Shown here: piece by piece, positions 6,334 to 10,429 of the stretch
How positions within the stretch are numbered: position 1 is the first letter of the stretch
Layout of the letters: the number at the start of each line of letters is the position of its first letter
DNA from: Candidatus Dadabacteria bacterium
GTDB lineage: Bacteria > Desulfobacterota_D > UBA1144 > Nemesobacterales > CSP1-2
Reading direction: 5' to 3'
Length of the DNA stretch: 10,429 nucleotides
Assembly (NCBI GenBank): GCA_040289575.1
Contig: PSLL01000052.1
Location: 1 to 10,429 of the forward strand
Notes under the pieces: generated by a model
The model's database searches: none
The model's input: only the letters and a program-made list of their open reading frames with translations
Told to the model about the DNA's origin: nothing
Position numbers and translations under genes: made by a program

Positions 6334-7842
6334 ATGGACGGGAAGGAATTCCTTATCATCCGTGTCGATGCTGGGACGCGTCTTGGCACCGGCCATTTGA
6401 TGCGTTGCTTGGCCCTGTCCCAGGCCTGGAAGGACCGTGGAGGACAGACGATCTTCGTTACGGCATGTGAAAGCAAGACTTTACAACAGCGGCTATTAGA
6501 TGAAGGGTTCGAAGTTGCGCTGTTGAAGCATGCGTATCCTGACCGACGCGATTGGGAACATACCTCGCGGGTGCTGGCGCGACATCCGGGGGCATGGGTG
6601 GTGCTGGATGGCTACCATTTTGATTCCGATTACCAGCGCCGTATCAAGGAAGCAGGGCATCGGCTACTGGACGATATGGCTCATCTGCCCCATTATTATG
6701 CCGACATAGTACTTAATCAAAATTTACATGCTGGCGAATTGCATTATTCTTGTGAACCCTATACCAGGCTTCTGCTTGGCACCAAGTATGTGCTTTTGCG
6801 CCGGGAGTTTTTGGATTGGCGGGGGTGGAAGCGGGAGATACCCAAAATGGCCCGCAAGGTTTTGGTAACACTGGGTGGTAGTGACCCTGAAAATGTAACC
6901 CTCAAGGTAATCCAGGCTCTGCAATTGGCGGATGTGGATGGGCTGGAGGCGGTAGTTGTAGTTGGTGGGAGTAATCCACATTATGAACAATTGGTGTATG
7001 CTATTCGGGAATGCCGCTTCCCCATCCGGCTTGAGATAAATGCAACGGACATGCCCGAGCTTATGGCATGGGCAGATGTGGCTATCGCTTGTGGGGGAAC
7101 TACGGCTTGGGAACTTTCTTTCATGGGCTTACCAGGTATTATTTTGGTTCTTTCAGGGAACCAGCAGAGTGTTGCCGAGCAACTAAGCATGATGGGGATA
7201 GATATCAATGCGGGTTGGCATCGGGATCTTCACCCAGCTGAGATAGCACAAGCAATCATAAGGTTACTGATGTCGCCACAGATGCGCATGGACATGGCGG
7301 AACGCGGGCAGCGGTTAGTGGACGGAGAAGGAGTCGAAAGAGCTTTGATGTGTATAAAGGGTGAAAAACTCAGGTTAAGGCGAGCGTGCGAGGATGATTG
7401 TAAGCTACTTTGGGAGTGGGCTAATGACCCACAAGTAAGAGCAGCGTCATTCTCGTCAGATCCGATACCTTGGGAAGAACATGTACAATGGTTTAGGAGA
7501 AAAATGAATGATCCTTCATGCTTTTTTTTCATTGCGCTGGATGATCAAGATATTCCAGTAGGACAAGTACGCTTTGACATGCACAAAGAGCATGAAGCAG
7601 AGATTAGTGTAAGTATAGATCGAAAGAAGCGCGGATTGGGGTACGGCCCCCTTTTGATCAGTAAAGCGGTAGAAGAATTATTTCGCACGACATCGATAAG
7701 AACCATCCATGCGTTTATCAAGCAACGTAATGAAAACTCCATTAGGGCTTTTGAAAAAGCTCATTTTGAGAGGTTAGGTATTGAGACTGTCAAAGGGAAT
7801 TTGGCTATACACTATGTGCGGAGGAGAAATAATGAGCGATGA
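6334..7842 (+). CDS. pseG: Bifunctional PseG (UDP-2,4-diacetamido-2,4,6-trideoxy-altropyranose hydrolase) / PseH-like GNAT N-acetyltransferase fusion
   Basis: IRVDAGTRLGTGHLMRCLAL (catalytic His motif), VLDGY, LLGTKYVLLRREF, VTLGGSDP, MPELMAWADVAI..GGTTAWE and VDGEGVER. From ~7369 a GNAT domain reads LLWEWANDPQVRAASFSSDPIPWEEHVQWF..VGQVRFD..RGLGYG..NENSIRAFEKAHF. ATG 6334 is preferred over TTG 6286, which overlaps the upstream gene by 41 nt. Confidence 0.88.
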   Translation: MDGKEFLIIRVDAGTRLGTGHLMRCLALSQAWKDRGGQTIFVTACESKTLQQRLLDEGFEVALLKHAYPDRRDWEHTSRVLARHPGAWVVLDGYHFDSDYQRRIKEAGHRLLDDMAHLPHYYADIVLNQNLHAGELHYSCEPYTRLLLGTKYVLLRREFLDWRGWKREIPKMARKVLVTLGGSDPENVTLKVIQALQLADVDGLEAVVVVGGSNPHYEQLVYAIRECRFPIRLEINATDMPELMAWADVAIACGGTTAWELSFMGLPGIILVLSGNQQSVAEQLSMMGIDINAGWHRDLHPAEIAQAIIRLLMSPQMRMDMAERGQRLVDGEGVERALMCIKGEKLRLRRACEDDCKLLWEWANDPQVRAASFSSDPIPWEEHVQWFRRKMNDPSCFFFIALDDQDIPVGQVRFDMHKEHEAEISVSIDRKKRGLGYGPLLISKAVEELFRTTSIRTIHAFIKQRNENSIRAFEKAHFERLGIETVKGNLAIHYVRRRNNER

Positions 7843-7952
7843 GAACATGAATCTCTTCTCCCGAAGCCATCCGTGCCATTGCTCAACGGTGGGGAACCGC
7901 GGCAGGGTGCAAGGCTGCAGAAGCCTTTGAGCTAATATGTTCTATTCGTTAA
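7832..7952 (+). pseudogene. Deletion remnant: gene start (RBS + MSDENMN) joined out of frame to the C-terminus of a probable PIG-L/LmbE-family deacetylase
   Basis: GGAGGAG at 7820-7826 with ATG 7832. In another frame 7857-7952 reads SPEAIRAIAQRWGTAAGCKAAEAFELICSIR*, resembling the (HPR)S.EAI.A.A..(R/W)G...G...AEAF.L.R tail of PIG-L-like deacetylases found in glycan clusters. Its stop is followed immediately by the pseI RBS. Confidence 0.7.
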
Positions 7953-7954
7953 CA

Positions 7955-7962
7955 GGGAGGAG
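7955..7962 (+). promoter_or_regulatory. Shine-Dalgarno for pseI
   Basis: GGGAGGAG just upstream of ATG 7966. Confidence 0.8.
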
Positions 7963-7965
7963 TCC

Positions 7966-9039
7966 ATGAGTGGTTATATAGAAATTGGAAATCGGCGCAT
8001 CGGGCCAGGCGAGCCGGTTTACATTGTCGCCGAGATGTCAGCCAATCACAATCAGGATTTTGATCAGGCAGTCCGCATCCTGCACGCTGCCAAGGAAGCA
8101 GGTGCAGATGCTGTCAAGCTCCAGACCTATACTCCTGATACTCTTACTATACGCTCCGACAAAGAATTCTTCCGCATCAGCGGAGGCACTCCCTGGGATG
8201 GAAAAACCCTTTACGAGCTCTACAGCGAAGCATATATGCCCTGGGATTGGCAACCCAAACTGAAAAAAATTGCGGATGAAATAGGGATTGATCTTTTCTC
8301 CACGGCCTTTGACCCTACAGCAGTTGATTTCCTCGAAGAGATGGGGGTACCCGTCCATAAAGTAGCTTCTTTCGAGATCGTGGACATCCCTTTAATTGAA
8401 AAGATGGTTCGTACAGGTAAGCCATTGATCATCTCCGTAGGCATGGCGACGTTAGGAGAGATAGAAGAGGCAGTCCAGGCTGCTCGGAATGCGGGAGCAA
8501 CGCAGATAGCTTTACTCAAATGTACTAGCGCGTATCCTGCCCCACCCGAAGAGATGAACCTGCGGACCATCCCCCACCTGGCGGAGGCGTTCGGCGTGCC
8601 GTTGGGGCTCTCCGACCATACCCTCGGTATCGCTGTGCCCGTCGCGGCTGTGGCGTTGGGCGCCTGCATCGTGGAGAAACACTTCACCCTTTCTCGTGAT
8701 ATTCCCGGACCCGACAGCGCCTTTTCGCTGGAACCTCACGAATTCAAGGCGATGGTAGAAGCCATTCGCACGGTGGAGAAGGCACTGGGCAAGGTGCACT
8801 ATGGCGTAAGTGAGCAGGAAGCCAAAAGCCGTGTGTTCCGGCGCTCGCTGTTTGTGGTGAAGGATATGAGAGCGGGAGAAGTCTTCACCGAACAGAACGT
8901 GCGTTCCATCCGCCCTGGATATGGTCTGCCCCCCAAGTTTTTGAAAGACGTACTGGGTCGACGGGCAACACGTGATGTGAAGGCCGGCACACCATTGACA
9001 TGGGAACTAATTTGTGTGATAGATAACCGCCATGATTAA
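7966..9039 (+). CDS. pseI: Pseudaminic acid synthase PseI (NeuB family with C-terminal SAF domain)
   Basis: IVAEMSANHNQ, GADAVKLQTYTPDTLT, LYELYSEAYMPWDW, KVASFEIVD, LLKCTSAYP (K as in PseI, where many NeuB have H), GLSDHTLG, EKHFTL, GPDSAFSLEP, FRRSL and RSIRPGYGLPP. Confidence 0.93.
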   Translation: MSGYIEIGNRRIGPGEPVYIVAEMSANHNQDFDQAVRILHAAKEAGADAVKLQTYTPDTLTIRSDKEFFRISGGTPWDGKTLYELYSEAYMPWDWQPKLKKIADEIGIDLFSTAFDPTAVDFLEEMGVPVHKVASFEIVDIPLIEKMVRTGKPLIISVGMATLGEIEEAVQAARNAGATQIALLKCTSAYPAPPEEMNLRTIPHLAEAFGVPLGLSDHTLGIAVPVAAVALGACIVEKHFTLSRDIPGPDSAFSLEPHEFKAMVEAIRTVEKALGKVHYGVSEQEAKSRVFRRSLFVVKDMRAGEVFTEQNVRSIRPGYGLPPKFLKDVLGRRATRDVKAGTPLTWELICVIDNRHD

Positions 9040-10429
9040 GCTGAGAGGATTCCATTTGGGCGTGAACCGGGGTAGTGTGGTGCAGAGGACTGCCTCTTCG
9101 GATAGAAAGGCCACATACATAGAATTCCTGAATAGTAGCGTTCTAGCCGGGCTTGTTGGCATTGTCCGAATAGGCCTTTACTCCATCGTATTAGTGGCGG
9201 TCCTTACTAAGACGTTGGGGGCTGAACAATATGGACTTTGGGTACAAGCGTTAGCTCTGGTTGCTTTGATGCTTCCGTTGTTGGACTTGGGTCTCATCTA
9301 CTCTATGACACGATTCGTGGCTGGGCACAAAGAGCCAACGAGGAAGAGTGAAGAGTTCTATTCAGTGGCTTGGTATGTGCTTGTAGTTGGAATAGGAGCT
9401 GGCTTGGCCCTCCCTTTAATCGCACATTGGTTTTTACCAGGGGCTAGTGATAGTCGATTCTTAGGAATCACAGGCCTGCTTCTAACAACGACAGTGTGGC
9501 AGACGCTCTATATAGGATTCCTGAGAGCGAACTTGAGCATCAGGGTATATGTAACGGATATGTTGATATATATGTTTTGTGAGGTTTTAGCGGTATCTCT
9601 CCTGGCTATATATAACCACACAATATACGATATACTCGCAGCAGCTACGATTATCAGAGGGATCAACGGTCTCCTCTTGGCGATTTATGTCACGAGATCC
9701 ATCCCGTTTGTATGGCCTAATGTTAGCCTATTTGTTGACCGTATAAAATTCAGTGTGCCTCTGGCTTTATCGGAACTATTTAATGTGATAACGATATACG
9801 CCGACAGGTTTGTTCTGACGTACTTCATGAATAGTTGGTGGGTTGGAGCCTATTCAGCAGCGTATACACTGGGGAACCTACCTACTGTATTTATCGGGTT
9901 ATTCGGTTTGACCTGGCCGGCATTCATGTCTAAACAGTATGACAGTGAAAGGCGTGAGGTAGTCCTCGAGCTCACGCGTAGACTTTTGAAGTATTTCCGC
10001 CTGGTAGCAGTGCCGTCTATATTCCTGTTATTGGCGTTGGGCAAAATAGCGCTGGAATGGATTGCTACTTCGTCAATTGCCAGTGCGGGCTATCATATTA
10101 CGCCTTTGATTGCCGTAAGCGGTCTTTTTCTCGGCGAATACTCTATCGTTTCACACATTATCTTTCTCGGCAAAAGAACATCATGGCTATCTTTTGTTTG
10201 GTTTGTAGTAGCTATTCTCAATCTTAGTCTCAATCTAGTCTTGGTGCCGTTATGGGGACTATATGGTGCAGCGGTAAGTACGGTCGCTGCCTATCTCTTT
10301 TTGGATTTTGCCACCGCCTACCTAGCCAGGCGAATTCTCGACTTTTCATATGATTGGCACGGCCTTCTCAAAATCTGTGGAGCTTCTGTTCTCCTCTATT
10401 CAGGCGTCCGCGGCGCGTTTGAAGTGTTC
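9032..10429 (+). CDS. wzx: Wzx-type oligosaccharide/polysaccharide flippase (MOP superfamily), 3'-truncated by the window
   Basis: Manually translated frame, open for 466 codons from ATG 9032 (overlapping the pseI end) to the window edge. Many hydrophobic segments and the motifs LTKTLGAEQYGLW..LLDLGL..SMTRF, KFSVPL..YADRFVLTYF..VGAYSAAYTLG and NLSLNLVLVPLWGLYGAAVST. Alternative GTG starts at 9077/9080 follow GGGGT. Confidence 0.88.
   Translation, partial: MIKLRGFHLGVNRGSVVQRTASSDRKATYIEFLNSSVLAGLVGIVRIGLYSIVLVAVLTKTLGAEQYGLWVQALALVALMLPLLDLGLIYSMTRFVAGHKEPTRKSEEFYSVAWYVLVVGIGAGLALPLIAHWFLPGASDSRFLGITGLLLTTTVWQTLYIGFLRANLSIRVYVTDMLIYMFCEVLAVSLLAIYNHTIYDILAAATIIRGINGLLLAIYVTRSIPFVWPNVSLFVDRIKFSVPLALSELFNVITIYADRFVLTYFMNSWWVGAYSAAYTLGNLPTVFIGLFGLTWPAFMSKQYDSERREVVLELTRRLLKYFRLVAVPSIFLLLALGKIALEWIATSSIASAGYHITPLIAVSGLFLGEYSIVSHIIFLGKRTSWLSFVWFVVAILNLSLNLVLVPLWGLYGAAVSTVAAYLFLDFATAYLARRILDFSYDWHGLLKICGASVLLYSGVRGAFEVF

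Noticed and set aside
7522..7529. T8 homopolymer in the GNAT domain as a phase-variation tract
   Set aside because: Short, in frame, and simply encodes Phe-Phe-Phe; no evidence of length variation.
7911..7927. AAGGCT-N5-AGCCTT hairpin as a terminator before pseI
   Set aside because: Only a 6-bp stem with no U-tract, lying within the deacetylase-like coding remnant.
8431..8445. PseI ISVGM instead of the usual ISTGM, and PseB SSDKA instead of STDKA, as inactivating changes
   Set aside because: Both are conservative substitutions and neighbouring catalytic residues are retained.
558..10044. Minus-strand and nested short ORFs in the track (e.g. 1145-1483, 8220-8687, 9850-10044)
   Set aside because: They lie antisense to or within well-supported genes and show no recognisable motifs; they are shadow ORFs.
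1..10429. CRISPR arrays, IS/transposase, tRNA/rRNA, tandem repeats
   Set aside because: None seen by eye; the window is almost fully accounted for by coding sequence and two gene remnants.

Overview
One co-oriented (+ strand), tightly coupled glycan gene cluster for a pseudaminic acid (Pse)-type nonulosonic acid. It contains pseB, pseC, a Pse-associated SAM methylase, a Gfo/Idh/MocA oxidoreductase, a SpsF-type cytidylyltransferase fused to a class-III PLP aminotransferase, a PseG-PseH fusion, pseI, and a Wzx-type flippase that runs off the window and is absent from the ORF track. Two apparently intergenic gaps are gene fossils. 2920-3216 is a frameshifted chimera of a SpsF N-terminus joined to the C-terminus of a second PseC-like aminotransferase. 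7832-7952 is an RBS/start joined out of frame to the C-terminus of a PIG-L/LmbE-like deacetylase. The surplus oxidoreductase, aminotransferase and methylase suggest, by inference only, a pathway to an additionally aminated and possibly methylated Pse derivative, in a cluster remodelled by deletion. All family calls come from motif recognition by eye; no database search was run.
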